The translations under genes were made by a program, and so were the position numbers. From assembly GCF_030684315.1 (NCBI RefSeq), contig NC_081365.1, forward strand, positions 35,305,394 through 35,369,393: a DNA stretch of 64,000 bases, written 5' to 3'. Shown one piece after another: positions 23,187 to 37,300 of the stretch. The notes under the pieces were generated by a model. That model was given only the letters and a program-made list of their open reading frames with translations. It did not search any database and was not told the origin of the DNA. The DNA comes from Stegostoma tigrinum (Eukaryota). The stretch's first letter is position 1. The number at the start of each line of letters is the position of its first letter.

Positions 23187-24339
23187 ATTCGCCAGAGACT
23201 GCCATGCCAGGGTGGGGCCACTGAGCTACACCAGGCATTGTTTAGCACAGAATTGACCCCAGGGTGCAGACTGATTTTTCGAGATGGGAGACTGACATCT
23301 ATTTCAGATACAGTTATAGTTTACTGTATGCATTCCTGACTAAAATCCAGTTCATTCTTTGCTAACAATATAGATCTCCAGCCATCCAATATGTGTATTG
23401 CAGAAGCCAAATAGACCAGATTAGCAACCATTGACAGAGTAGTTTGAGGTTTCACCACTAACTTTCCTTCTTCCTCAAGGTCCTCATGCCTCACCCAATT
23501 CAGTATGAAGTCCACATCTGGCCGGTGAAGTGATTATTTAAGATTTTTAAATCAGCACAACACATTCAATCCACTTGCTTAAATTTCATACAAACTGGTC
23601 CATACTACGATCATTCAATAATCTCTACAGACACTTTGCAGTTAAATTAACCCATCAGTCTCTCTCAATGATTGATTTCTCTGCTGTCAACTCAAGCCAG
23701 CCCAGCCTCTTGGACAGACATAGACTCTTAGCAATACCAGATCTTGAAAGAAGGTATATGTAACTAAAGTTACTACTTTCATTTCAAACATTATTAATTA
23801 ATTTCCTGTTCCTCAATTTACTAGTTTCTTTATTACTAAAATGGCTCAATACCATTCAAGCTTCAATTTTAATAAAGGGTGTGCACCTAAAAATATTAAA
23901 TGTTTCTTTCACTTTACATTGCCTGATGTGCTGTGTAGTGCCAGCATTTAGCTTCTTTATTTCAGATTTCCAGCATGTGCCATTTTCCATTGTATAGCTG
24001 CATGATATTATCCATTGGGTCAGATGTCAAATGAATGTAATAATTTATCCAATACTGTATAACTTTCTGGTGAATTTGTTGAAGAACACAGAATCACAGA
24101 ATTGTTATAGTGCGGTTTCTCATTCCTGGAAACATTCTGATAAATCATTTCTGCACTTCCTCCAATGCAATCATAACTTTCCTATAGTACAACACCAGAC
24201 TGGTCTGTCATTGTTTTGACCTCAGAACAACCCTTTTAATAATGACCAATGAATCGCTTAAGCAATTCTTTTTAAAAAATTGAAAACATTTGTGGTATAA
24301 TTCTGATCATTACAAATATGTACAACTGATTGATCCTGC

Positions 24340-25524
24340 ATCATGGATGAAGATAGAGCAACGGATGTGGTATACATGGATTTAAGTAAGGCACTTGATA
24401 ACGTTCCCCATGGTAGCATCATGAAGAAAGTAAGAAGCCATGAGATAGGGGGAAATATGGCAGATTGGATTCAGAACTGACTGACCCTTAGAAGACAAAC
24501 AGTGGGAGTGGTCAGAAAATATTCAACATGGTGCTCAGTTGCAAGTGGCGTACCACAAGGATCAGTTCTGGGTTGTCTTCCATTTGTGATTCTTGTTAAT
24601 GATTTGGGTGTAGGAGTGGAAGGGTGGATTAGTAAGTTCACGGATGATACGAAGGTTTGTTGAGTTGTGGAAAGTGCGGAGGGCTGTTCTAGGTTACAAA
24701 GGGGCATCAATTGGATGCTGAGCTGGGCTGAGAAGTGGCAGATGGAGTTTAATCCTGAAAAGTATGAGGTGATTCATTTTGGAAGGACAGACTTGAAAAC
24801 AGAATACAGGGTTAATGGAAAGATTCTTGGCATTGTGGAGGAGCAGAGGGATCTCAGCGTTCATGTCAACAGTCCCCTGAAAGCTGCCACTCAGGTGGAT
24901 AGAGTTGTTAATAACGCGCATGGTGCGTTAACTTTCATTAATAGAGGGATTGAGATCAAGAACCGTGAAGTTATGCTCCAGCTGTACAAAACTCTGGTTC
25001 GACCACATCTGGAGTATTATGCCCAGTTCTGGTTGCCTCATTACAGGAAGGATGTGGAAGTTTTGGAAAAGATGCAGAGGAGATTTACCAGTTTGTTGCC
25101 TGGAATGAAGGGAAGGTTGAGAGGTCCGGGGCTTTTCTCTTTAGAATGACGAAAGATGAGAGGTGACTTGATAAAGGTGTACAAAATGATCAGAGTAATA
25201 GTTAGAGTGGGCAGCCAGAGACATCTTTCTCGGTTGGAGGTAGCTATTATGTGGGGGCATAGTTTTAAAGTGATTGGAGGTAGATATAGGGAGATGTCAG
25301 AGGTAGGTTCTTTACTCAGAGAGTGGTAGGAGCATGGAATGCATTGCCGGAGCGGGTCATGGAGTCAGCCTCATTAGGGGCATTTAAGCAGCTATTCAAT
25401 AGGCGTATGGATAATTGTATAAGGTAGGGGTGGAGGTTAGATAGACCTTAGGATTAGGGTAAAAGTTCAGCACAACATCGTGGGCAAAGGGCATGTAGAG
25501 TGCTGTACTGTTCTATGTTCTATG
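24340..25524 (+). mobile_element. CR1 LINE 3' portion
   Basis: DVVYMDLSKALD, SGVPQGSVLG, KFTDDTK, WAEKWQMEFNPEK, LYKTLVRPHLEY; tail tgtactgttctatgttctatg. Confidence 0.9.
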
Positions 25525-26307
25525 ATTTCCCTAATGACCTTTACAATGCACTACGTCTCAAAATGTATCTTTGCAGAAGCTTTTGATTCCACCAAAAGAG
25601 ATTTAGGTAGCATGTACAGCATTACAACTTCCCTTAAATTAGTTGATCACAACAATACCTCTCCTATTTTGTGGTTACCTTGATGAAGCTATGATCAATG
25701 ATTTGGCAGCTAGTACAGTTTTTGTTCAAGTTTGTTCACGTGTTTAGCTGTAAAGGCAAGAAAATCATTGACTAAGTCATCCATTGTTAAATTCACTGCA
25801 TTACAAATATTGCAGATGCAGCTTGCTTTATATTTAGCAATTATACAGTTGTGGCCATGCTCCTTGTCAAAGTCACATGCTACGTTGAGGTTATAAGTGA
25901 TTCATTTTTGGCAATTTCACCTAATATCTGTGGCCTTGGTCTGCCCCTCAGCATTTGTTGAACTATGCCCATGATTCCTTTCAAACCTCAGGAACTTCAA
26001 AAAGCAGGAAAGCAAGGCAAGTGAGTAAGGATCAAAATCTAAAGTGTTTTGGAATTGCAATGACGGATCACAATTTAAAGCCTTTCTTTGCATTGTCATA
26101 TTTGACTCTTCCACTTCCCAATTAACACTGGTTAAAGTCAGATGAATTAAAGATGTTGAAAAGTTACCTTTGTACTGGCTGTGAAAACTGGATAGTATAG
26201 GAAAACTCACTTCAGTGAAGGGTAGAAATAACTTCAAAAAATAGTTATCATCACTAAATGTCAAAAATACATGTTATTCTGTAAAGGAAAATGATTTTTT
26301 TTTACAG

Positions 26308-26416
26308 AGTTCGTGTTACTCATGAACAGCAGTTTCTACACTACATCTTTCCGTATCAGTTCCTTGATTCTCCAGAATGGGAATCGCTGCGGCCTAATGA
26401 AGAAGGCAATTTTCAA
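26308..26416 (+). CDS. POPDC2: POPDC2 second coding exon (cAMP-binding Popeye domain, FLDSPEW motif)
   Basis: Acceptor tttttttacag|; 109 nt encoding (R)VRVTHEQQFLHYIFPYQFLDSPEWESLRPNEEGNFQ; donor |gtaatt. Too short to appear in the ORF track. Confidence 0.95.
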
Positions 26417-26544
26417 GTAATTATTTTTTAAATTTGTCTAATGTTTAAAGTGAATCATCAGTATAATAACTAACTTTATAATGTAATTCTTGTATCTATC
26501 TTTATGAATATATTTAAAAAATGTCGGCCTGAAATTAGTACAGA

Positions 26545-26652
26545 GGTATTAGGAACTGCAGATGCTGGAGAATCTGAGATAACAAGGTGTAGAGCTGGAT
26601 GAACACAGCAGGCCAAGCAGCATCAGAGAAGCAGGAAAGCTGACGTTTCAGA
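26545..26652 (-). mobile_element. Solo PLE pLTR fragment
   Basis: aggaactgcagatgctggagaatctgagataacaaggtgtagagctggatgaacacagcagg...ctgacgtttc. Confidence 0.8.
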
Positions 26653-28338
26653 TTATCAGTAAAGGACGATATATGTGGAATGTGACCATGTGGCATAGGT
26701 GTGAGAAGGCAATAGCATAAAGATGCGTGAGAGTGTTGGCTGTTCAGGCAGAGTTTATGAGAGAAGAATGAGGAATGAGAACATGTCTTCAAATGCCTCC
26801 AATTCTCTCTCTGCCCCCAGTTTCTGTATTCCTCCAGCCACACAACCCTACATGTTACTTGTGCTCATCCAGTTCGGAAACCCTGAACGTACTTGTTTTT
26901 AAAAGCTCCACCATTAGGCAATCTTCTGTTGCCTAAGCCCCAAGATCAAGAATTATTTCCCTATGCCTCTTTGCTGTGCTTTCTTCTTTGAAACACTCTT
27001 TAAAAAAACAACCATTTGACTGGGTTTTTACCTGATCTAATACATAATTTGGTGCCATATTCTATTTTCTAATGTTCCTGTGAAATGCCTTGGAACAGTT
27101 TACTATGCTAAAGATGCTATTGAAATGTAAGTTATTGTTGATTTGTGGAGGGATGCTCTAGATCCAGTTGGTTCACTGCCTCCCGATTGGAGGGAACCAC
27201 GTATCTGTTGCTGACTCCCTTGGTCTATTCCAACTGCTGGAGGCTGTTGATCTTCCTGTTCCTATTGGGAAAGATCCTCAGATCCTACAGCGTGACCTCG
27301 GGTAAGGCAGAGAGACCTTGGGAGCAACCTTTTCCAGGTCACTTCTGCATTCTCGGGGGTTCTACGGCCTCAAAAATCTAGGTGCACTTGAAACTTTCTG
27401 ACTGATGCCCGAATCTTTTTAATTAGAAATTATTCCTCTGATTTTTCCAGCATGTTATCACACTCACCTTCTTTGATAGTGGGGGTACCTAGTGTCGAGA
27501 CTGCTAATGCCCTGGCACAATCACAGAATTTTGTCAAAACCCTGCTGTCATTTTGGCAGGGACTTCTATGTGGAAATTGTGATAGTATTGTGTTAATGGC
27601 TTAATAATTGAAGTGATAGGCATTTTATTTATTAACTAAATTTTGATGAAAGTTTTAAACAAAAGAACTTGGAATAATCGCAAATATGGTGATGAACTGC
27701 TCAATCTCTCTTCATAAAACCAATCCCTCATCTCTGGAATCAATCTACTGAACCTCCTCTGAACTGCCTCCAATGCAACTACAGTCTTCCTTCAGTCAGG
27801 AGATGAAAACTGTGTGCAATCCTCCAGGTGCGGTCTCGCTAATGCCTATTACAGTTGCAGCAACACTGCCCTACTTTTATACATTACCCCTTGAGCTAAA
27901 CTAATGTCCTGTTAAAGATACAATGAACTTGATTTTAAGGTGTTAACCTTTGAAGTACATTTTCCCCTGATTTGATCTCCTGTAAGAAAATCTGTGTGGG
28001 ATCAAATGACTCTTTCCGATCTAGGGACAAAGGGCTAATTTTGCTGAATGCAATTTCTCATTAGAGAGCTTTGCTAGATGGGGCAGCATATTGGGAAACC
28101 TTTTGCTTGGTGTCGCTGGTTTTCTGCATATTAAATGGGAATACTCCCTGGCAGAACTGTCATTTTGTGAGCATATTGCTACAAAAAACAAATTGTCTCT
28201 TTAAATAAAGAGCCGTATGTCCAACTGAGTATGAGAAAATTGTTTTAATTTTTCTGAATCTGAGCATTGTATCTTTTGAAAATATTTTTCTCTCATAATT
28301 GTGTTGTTACTGAGCATCTCACTGAATCTGTTTTGTAG

Positions 28339-28767
28339 GTGACCCTGACAGCAGAAACAGACTGTTGCTATGTGACGTGGAAGAGAAGAAAGCTATATAT
28401 GCTCTTGGCTAAACATCATTATATTGCACGCCTTTTCACTGTGATGCTTGGAAATGACATCGCAGACAAACTTTACTCCCTTATTGACAAGCTGTATTGC
28501 AGGGGTGGGGTCCGCTATGACATCCGTCTACCTAGTCTTTACCACGTATTAGCACCTTCAGTCGAAGCCGAGAAGGAGATGATTGCAGAAAGTCCCCATC
28601 ATGTTCCTCAGAGTTCATTTAGGCCTCAGGAGTCTCCCTTTAAAAAACCAGGGCCGGACAGCAATGATCTAATTGGTGAGGATTCCACCAGCCTTGTTCT
28701 GGAGGACTTTGCAGATATGACTGGATCATTTATGGAATATACCAGTGAAAGGGAGTACATGAAATAG
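28339..28767 (+). CDS. POPDC2: POPDC2 third coding exon, long form (343-aa isoform ending ...EYTSEREYMK)
   Basis: Acceptor ttttgtag|GTG; VTLTAETDC...DIADKLY...DIRLPSLYHVL...PDS..GEDSTSLVLEDF...EYMK*; AATAAA at 28774 and 28850. Confidence 0.93.
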   Translation: MTLTAETDCCYVTWKRRKLYMLLAKHHYIARLFTVMLGNDIADKLYSLIDKLYCRGGVRYDIRLPSLYHVLAPSVEAEKEMIAESPHHVPQSSFRPQESPFKKPGPDSNDLIGEDSTSLVLEDFADMTGSFMEYTSEREYMK

Positions 28768-31700
28768 TGGTCCAATAAATGTGATAAAACCCTGTCACTG
28801 TCTAGTCATGTGTAAGTACACTGCTGCTTCAAATCTTACAACTACACCTAATAAAACTAACTTGGCTATCTAATTCTGCTGGACCACTGTGACAGTATGT
28901 GGTAAGTGGAAAAGCTGTCCTTGTGCAGTTGGGATGTTATGCTGACATTGAAGTATGTTGCTATGATGGATAGCAAATAGTTGTCATTTAACACACTGTG
29001 TTATACTTTCTTTAGTGTTTAAAACTAGTCAACCATACATGGACAACAATGTGTGACAAATTTAAGGAATTCTGTCATAAAACTAAGGATCTGCTTCACT
29101 ATGTGTAAGCATTACTGTGTTACCAAACTTTTTCACTTATTAATAAGAAAACATGTTTTGTCCCATGGCTTTATAAGCACGTTTAATTATGTTTTATTAG
29201 ATTTGGAACCCTTATCTTTCTGTCAGACTATCAATTTTTAAAAGAAAAATAAATCTAACAAAGCTTTGCAGGACATTTTCATCTTAATTTGTCCTCAGGT
29301 ATTATGGTGCATTTTTACTCAGGTAATTACATTGATTAAAAAATTCATTGATTACATAACTTGCATATTGCAGTTGCAGTAGCAGCCAATTTCGATGCAG
29401 TTACGCCAATCTGCACCAGTTCATAGAATATGAGGATTAACCAGACAGTTTACTGATAGGTCAAGCGATGACTAATGAATTCTTCACTGGTCAAAGCCAT
29501 TCCATCACATTCTCTGTAAAATCCAAGGTATCATTGTTTGTGGAATAGAGGGATGATCATGAATCAAAATAGTGTCTGTCTGTCAGTCCATAAGCACTGA
29601 CAGAATCTTGCAGGTAAATGCTCACTTCCTTGGCAACTATTATGATGACTTAATTTTAAGATAGTCCAATATTTACTTTTTATTTGACCAGTAAAGAAAA
29701 GTTGAAAGTTAGTTTCAAGGAGACTAAATGTACCTTCAGGTTAATTTTAGATGTCATCTGTTCCTCTGACCTCCAGGTATGAGAAAGTGAGACAAGCATT
29801 GGAAAAATCATTACCCCCAAGTTCTCATCCAAGCCGTTCACATTCTAATTAAGACAGATTAGGAGGTGCAGATACTAAACCAAATACCATCATAGGAGCA
29901 CTATATTCACATGTTCCGTGAAAAGACTAATGATTCCTTCCTCTGAGCAACAATAGGGATTGTATGAAATGCCAAATGTCACTCTTGCACACATTCCAAA
30001 ACTTATAATGCAGATATGACTGTGTTATAAATGACAGAAGATTACACTGAAGAAAGTAATGACAGGGAAACGTCAGGAAAGATAGACTACTATTGAAGGA
30101 ACAATGACATGTAGTTAGTCAATGTAAGGATGGCTAGAAGTGAATTACTCATGCTATAATAGTTGCTGTATAAATAACAATAGCTCTTAGTATAATTTTC
30201 TACCCTCAGCTCCTGGTGAGATCACAACTTTTCACAATGAATAATGATTTTTTCTGCAGTTAGTGCTTTCAACAATAGTATCTGAGAAAATATTTCAATG
30301 CTATTGTCAATGGTGCTGTAAGGTTTCTATGTCCTTCTCTTTAAACAATAGGAAACTGCTGTTGCTTCTTTTTTTAAAACATCCCTTTAGAATTAACAAA
30401 GCCCAAACGTTCTCAAATAAAAACAAAGTACTAGAAAAGGTTATCAGATCTGGTAGTATTTGTGGAGAGAAAAACACAGTTAACATTTTGAGTCCAATAT
30501 GACTTCTTCAGAACTGTCTACACTTTATGTTCTTATTAAAATGAGAAATGTCTGTGACAACACTGTGTCTCACTAATAGGCTAAAAGAAGAAAACACTTA
30601 AGGACCAAATTCCCTTTGAGCTTACTCCTCAGACAAATGTTTAGCACAATAAGACTGACATCTCTTGTTGCTTATGCCCTCAAACCTAATACATTTTACA
30701 GAGTGAAGAATGTTTCAGTATTGGCTGCTTTGGGGGTCAGAATGAGGTTTATGCCTTAACTGGGAATGGGTGGAATACTTCGGCATCAGTGAGGCTTGGG
30801 AACAGGCGTATTTTTTTTTAAATGGGCCTCCAGACTCACAGTCATCTGCTGTATGAAATTTGTCATGTTATGTAGTTCCCCAGTTGACTGGCATCAAGCC
30901 AGCCATTTATGAGCATGAATCCTTTGGAAAATGTGACAAATGGGACAATTATGATGATTCGTAAATAAGCTGATAAGGAATTCAACCCCAAAATATGCAT
31001 ACAATACCTTTTGTTATATTAACACTGCTAGAACAGAGAAAATGAATAATTGGCCACCCTCAGTGCTCTACACTGACTTGGTTTGATTCTTGACATGTTT
31101 AATATTCATGCTGTTTGTCTTTATTTGAGGCAGCCAGACTCTGGGGCCATTGTTTAGATGGTAGTTCACCAAAATTAAGTATGTTTGGCGGAATAAGGAT
31201 CTTGCCCAAGTGCCATTCAGGTTAGCACCTGCTGCCACTCCTCCTGTACTTTGCACCCATGCACACGTGGGCATTCAATTCTGCCTACATTGTACAAACT
31301 ATGAATCGGAGAAGTAGCTGCTGTTGGGGAAGAGGGGAGCAGTTTGGCCTTGAGCTGGTAGGAGAGAAGAATGAGGAAGGCAAGAGCACTATGTTTGATG
31401 GGAGGAGAATATAAACTGAAAGCAGTACAGTTTAAGTGAGGGGCACCAAAGGTGCTGGATCTGTTGGTTTGCTGATAAGCCAAAGTAAATTTTAAAATTT
31501 GTTCTTGAATATGTGAGCAACATGGAAAGAATCACATTCATTGCCTAAGGGTAATGGATTACTGCATTGCTTTGTGGAGGGCTCCATAATTGAGTTAGGC
31601 AATTTTAATATGTTGAATCTCAGCAAATGAAAAATATCAGTTGGTTGTGAATGTTTAAAAGTGGTTTATTGCTGTTCATTTTAATGTAATAGAAAAATCT

Positions 31701-33259
31701 CAAAATCTGTCACTCTAGAAATAACCAACTTCTAGTCAGGGATGGGAGCAAGATTGAGTGGTCAGAATATTGTGGGTACAAGTCTCAATTTTTTGACAAT
31801 TCTAGATAATCAGGATGTGGCAAAATTATCTCCAAGAAATTCACGTTGTTGCCAATATAAACATTCAAAACAATTCAGTTGGTCATGAGAATACTGGGGA
31901 CATGTGCTACATAATTGCAAGTAATTTCAGCTTTCTTTCTTGGAAGTTCTATCCATTAAATTATTTCACTGAGATATTTAGACAAGAAACGGATATGGAA
32001 ACTGTCTTACAAACTATTATGTTTACATAGTGGGAACGACTTAATGAGCCAAATATACTTCACGTTGCACACTTTGTAGTGCCACCAATAGAGGTTACAG
32101 TGTTTCATATTGCTTCTTTGAAGGACCTGTATATTGGGTCCAGAAGGGGAAGCTTATTATGGTTTCTATATGTTTTTAAAGATCCATTTTTAGTGCATGA
32201 TTGTGCCTTAAATGCTGTGTATATCAATGATCGTACATATGTAATGTTTCCAAGAAATGGGACGAGGCAGAAGTGCAGAATTTTCTTTAAGTCAGAGCTG
32301 AGAGTGCTGTGAATTTATATTATTTCTAAACCTCATTAAGGTACAGATTAATACAAAATGAATTAGTCGCAATGTAAATTGCACATGTGCAATTGTGATT
32401 AATCTAATTATGGGTAAATGCAAGTGAACACTCCTTACTGCACCAAGGTGACTTTTTCATTTTCTGTACTTCTATACTGGCACATTACCCAAATATGACT
32501 AGCAGGTGGATGCAAAAATTAGTGTTGTATTTGATAGCAGTGTCTTGCTGTGGACTTATTTCCATGATGGATTGGATTTTGTTTGTCTTGTCTTGATTGT
32601 GTTTATCCTGATACATAAAGTTTGCCTTCATGTACCATCCAGTTCCCCCAAAAATTCTGTTCCTGTTGTAATTACTGTAAAATTTGCTGCACTTCTGTGG
32701 GTGACCTCTGTTCTCTATTGCCATTTCAGCACCCTGAATTACGGACAATTCTATCAGCACCTTTATGGCAAAAAGCACCAATTCCAGATAATTATGGATT
32801 ATTCTGCAATATAGGCAGCAACAGAATTTGCCCAAGATTTAGATGTGGGATGGAAATGAGATTTTGTAGGACAATCTTATGATTCAAATAATACTTCATG
32901 AATCTTATAATACCTTTCAATGAATTAATTATAATTAAGCATCAGGTGCAATTAATAGAGGTTATTTTGATACATTACCATTGTGCTTGTATGGTGTGGT
33001 GGTAGTGTCCCTACCCCGAGCCAGGAGGCCCAGGTTCAAAACCCATCTGCTTCAGAGCTGTGTTGTAACATCTCTGAACATGTTGATCAGAAAATATATA
33101 AAATACCACACTTGTGATATTTGTAAACAAGATTGCATTTGAAACTTAATAAAAATCACCAACAATTGACATTTACAACACAGACTTTTTAATCTGTTGT
33201 GGAGAAGGAACAAGAAGAGAAAGAGAATTCAAGCGGAAAAGTTGTCTATTCCAGATGGT

Positions 33260-33500
33260 GAGATAACTAGATGTAGAGCTGGATGAACACAGCAGGCCAA
33301 GCAGTGTCAGAGGAGCAGGAAAGTTGATGTTTTGGGTCTGGACCCTTCTTCAGAAATGAGGGAGGGAAAGGGGATTCTGAAATAAATAGAGAGAGGGGGA
33401 TGAGGATGGAAGATGGTTAAAGGAGCAGATAGGTGGAGACAGACAGGTCAAAGAGGCAGGGATGGAGCCAGTAAAGGTGAGTGCAGATGGGGAGTTAGGG
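33260..33500 (-). mobile_element. PLE family A-like 3' fragment (older variant)
   Basis: pLTR plus G-rich 3' region homologous to 7005-7250. Confidence 0.8.
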
Positions 33501-35885
33501 TGGTGTAGTTTGAATTGATTTCAGATGTTCTCTACTTGATCACTAAACTAAGTCTTTGACCTCAGGAGAGAAGAAATTAAAATGACAAAGCATCATATTC
33601 TGCAAGAAGTACAAAGTTCATATAGTCTGATTACTGTGGCATGAAACTGGGAGAGGTTGTGGCTCTGATTTTAAGTTCTCATTCAAAACTGGTCTGTTTG
33701 AAAAGCGGAAAGAAATTTTAAAAACTTGAAAAGAGCGGACACGATATAATGTCAGTCACAGCATTCAGATGTACAATGCTAAACTGATAATAAACAGAAG
33801 TGGATTCAACCCTGATCTTTCAACTGTTTATCATACTTTAGTCCATTACACATCAGAGGGCATTCTGGGTTTGGTCCAGAAATTGATAAGGTAAAGTCTA
33901 CTTAGATGTGGAATTGTTCATAGTCAGATAGGTATGTAGAGATAATCAAGGTAAGCCTTGATTGATTTGATGTGATATTATGCATTTTTCTCAGTTAAAC
34001 ACAACATTTCTCACTGCTTGAATAACACAAATTCCAGGTATACTGTTGGTATTACCTCACATCATACTAAATCGTCACATTTTAATGACATGTTTTTCAA
34101 GAATGTGGATTTCTATCTGGTGAGCTCATAACCCATTTGAAGAAATGTATGTTCCCATTTGGAAAGGAGAGAAACTCATTAACTAAAACAGAATATTACA
34201 CTAAACATGACAACTTGAAAAACATCTTAAAGTTTACATATTATTTGCCTCAAAAATTTGCATTTATGTAGAACAAAGTTAAAAAGTTTAAAATATGTGA
34301 CATGGCTGTTTCTCTCAGTTCTCTGTGGCTGTGGAACATACATGACAGGCAACATTATTATTAGTGAAGGATGTAATTTGTCTCATAACAGGATCAAGCA
34401 GCCATTCTAATATGAAGGTGTATTTTCTCAGAATGTCACTCACAGCTTTAAGGAAAAGACAAGTGTATTATTCCTGTGTCATACCTCACTACATCTATGT
34501 CTGGAAATGTTGCTTCATGTCCAATATCCTTTTATTCTCATTATGTTCCACGTTTGTCTTTCTTGTTCTTCCTGTGTATCAGAATTGGAACACTAGTTGC
34601 TTTCTTGGAAATGCAGATACAAAATAATTAAGAAGAATGTCAAATGGGAAGAAATGATTATAAAATAAATACTGGTGTTTATTCATTAATTTAGGGTTGA
34701 TAGTAATCTGATAAAGTTACTCCTGTGGTGGCAAGAACTGAATTAAACTGTTTACGTGGCCAATGTACATTAGCATTGAGAAATAGTTTGTATGTAGAAT
34801 AAGTATTGATTACCCATGTAACAAGACCACTTTACTAAACCCATGTGAATATCAAGTGTAAATAAGCCACGTCAAAATTAATAGATTTTTCGTTAAAAAA
34901 AGGCCTAATGATGTTTTATTTAGAAAAAAATAAGCTTTGATATTTTTCATGCCTGAATAAGGACTTTTTAAAACATATACTTAAATGAAAATAAATCTTT
35001 TTACACTTAACAAAATGCTCAAGTTAAAATTTGCATAACTTTCAACAAGTAATATAGCTTACGAGTTCGAAAGTATTACATCCTGTCCTTCATTTGCAGT
35101 GGAAATGGTTAGACATAACCTTTTTATTCATTTACAGGACATGGCCATCACTAGCTAGGCCAGGACTTATTGCCCATCCTTAACTACCCAGAAAAAGTGG
35201 TGGTGAGCTACATTCTTGAAATACCACAGTTAATATTATTCAGTTATGGTTATTTTTGATGTCATAATTCCTTCTCCTTGAGTTCTCTGCCTGAAGGCAG
35301 GTCTGACCCACATCGCCATGACCTCTACAACAAGTAGAGTATGAATGCTGGTCCAGACACCAATCTGATCCACACTGACCACCAAGCTAACTGGTCTCCC
35401 AAGCATCAATATTTTTGTAGCCTGGAGCAAGGTCTAGTGACTGATTTATTTCCATCACACAGCTGACCAGAAATTTTGCCTGCTTTTACCACTTGTCATT
35501 GGTGTATGTTGGAAAGATTTACAAACTTATACCCATCAAGACCTGGAGAAGGACTAGAACCTGTAGCTGCTTGCTCCAATGATGGACCATTACTAACTGC
35601 ACCACAAGACCTTTTCAGCATTCTTTTTAAGATAAAACTAAATTACTAATGTAGGAAATAGAATATAGAAAAGTATCAGAAATTTCAGGCTGCTCAGCTT
35701 GGTTCTGTCAGCATATCTTCATTGCATTAGTCTTTTCTTCAGAAATATCAGTTTTACCCAGAAGTCTTAACAGCTGTGCAACAGACCAAGTATTATCTTT
35801 CTACAGCAACTTGCATGGGTCTATATATCAATTTAGACTTGTCTTATTTTAATTAAATGCATTTCAATTGTGTTCATTTCTGCAG

Positions 35886-35959
35886 ACGTGAACAGTTCCT
35901 GGAGAGGCATTTGTAAGGGGCAGGCACCATTGGCTCCCACTCAGACACCAGAACTCTGA
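35886..35959 (+). CDS. POPDC2: POPDC2 alternative terminal exon (337-aa isoform), spliced from the internal donor after 28675
   Basis: Acceptor ttcatttctgcag|AC; the phase-1 join G+AC gives DVNSSWRGICKGQAPLAPTQTPEL*, matching the recalled human POPDC2 end GQAPLAPTHTPEL; AATAAA at 36098. Confidence 0.88.
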
Positions 35960-36944
35960 GTACCATCACTGTGAACAGAGGCCAGCATGAGGAAACGTAA
36001 AATACATACTATTTAAACTTCCAATGAATATAGAAAAAAAAATTTCATATTAAATGACTCCAACATAGGATTCCACTGTGGCTACTGTGGTTTTCCAAAT
36101 AAAGAATCAGACATCATTATTCCGTCAGGTTGGGATAAATCAACAGTAGCAGTACAGTGGGTTACAGTATTTGTATGGTAATTAGTATATGACTGAGCAT
36201 GGCAAATTGAATTACAATTTAATTAAGTTTTATGTTTAATTGTGACAAAATAAATAAAAACCATTAACAGCGCGGTATAGTAATGAAAATGGATGGTAAA
36301 TTGTCATATTTTCCAATGAAAATTCTGGCAGGATTCTGTGAGCAACATGGTTGAAATACATAAAGAAATTTGTTTTGACTAGTAGGAAACAAGGGTAGAA
36401 ATGAAAGGTTATATTGTAACAAGGGTTGACTGTTTTGAGTTAAATGTAGTATATTTACCGTTAAAATAAAGTCACTAGGAGCATTGGAACTATTAAATGA
36501 ACAATATCAAGGTCCATTATTTTTCATTTATCAGCTTGACAGTCACAATGTACAGGAACATCTTAGCAGGCGTGATAATGATGAAAGTCTAAATTAGTAA
36601 AGGTTTGAAATTTTGTGCAACTGTTGGAAACCGTATCATTAATATTGTTCAACTTCACAGCTAATCTGAATTGAGCAATTATCTGATTTCAAGTTCATCA
36701 CTTCTGGATCGAAACAGATTAATTATGAGATGGACATATGAATTAATCAACACATGCTAAATGTATATGCTTATGTATAATTTTTATTTATCAAGTGACA
36801 AATCAACCTAATTGCAATAAAAGTGATAATAAAGACAAATGTTTAAACTTGAATCAATTAACAACCTTCAGATTATGTTGGTATTAAAGTAATTCTAAAG
36901 GTAAACTCCTCAATTTTATCCCACGAGTTCTCTGAACTGAACAG

Positions 36945-37300
36945 AGAGGTGACCTTATTAGAACGTAGTGACTCAACAGGGTAAATGCTGAGAAGGATGT
37001 TTCCCTTCATGGGAGGATCTAGGATCAGAGGGCATAGTGTAAGAATAAAAAATGAGGAATTTCTTCTTTGAGGATTGAGTGCCTTTGGAACTCCTTGTGA
37101 CAGACAGCTGTGGGGACAGAATCCTTATAAATATTTAAGGGTGAGATAGATTCTTGGTCAGTAGGGTAAATCAAGGGTTATGAGGATAAGTCAGGCAAGT
37201 GAAAATAAGGGATGTCAGATCAGCCATGATCCTATCGAATGGTGAAGCAGGCTGGAGGGGGCTGAACAGCTTACTCTTGTTTCTATTTCTCATTGCCTTA
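36945..37300 (+). mobile_element. CR1 3' end (decayed)
   Basis: agaggtgaccttatt...ggatgtttccc...tggaactcc...atttaagggtgagatagattcttg...gatcagccatgatcc. Confidence 0.7.

Noticed and set aside
32485-32882. Overlapping 86-116 aa ORFs in the POPDC2 distal intron
   Set aside because: No recognisable domain or convincing splice context; consistent with chance ORFs
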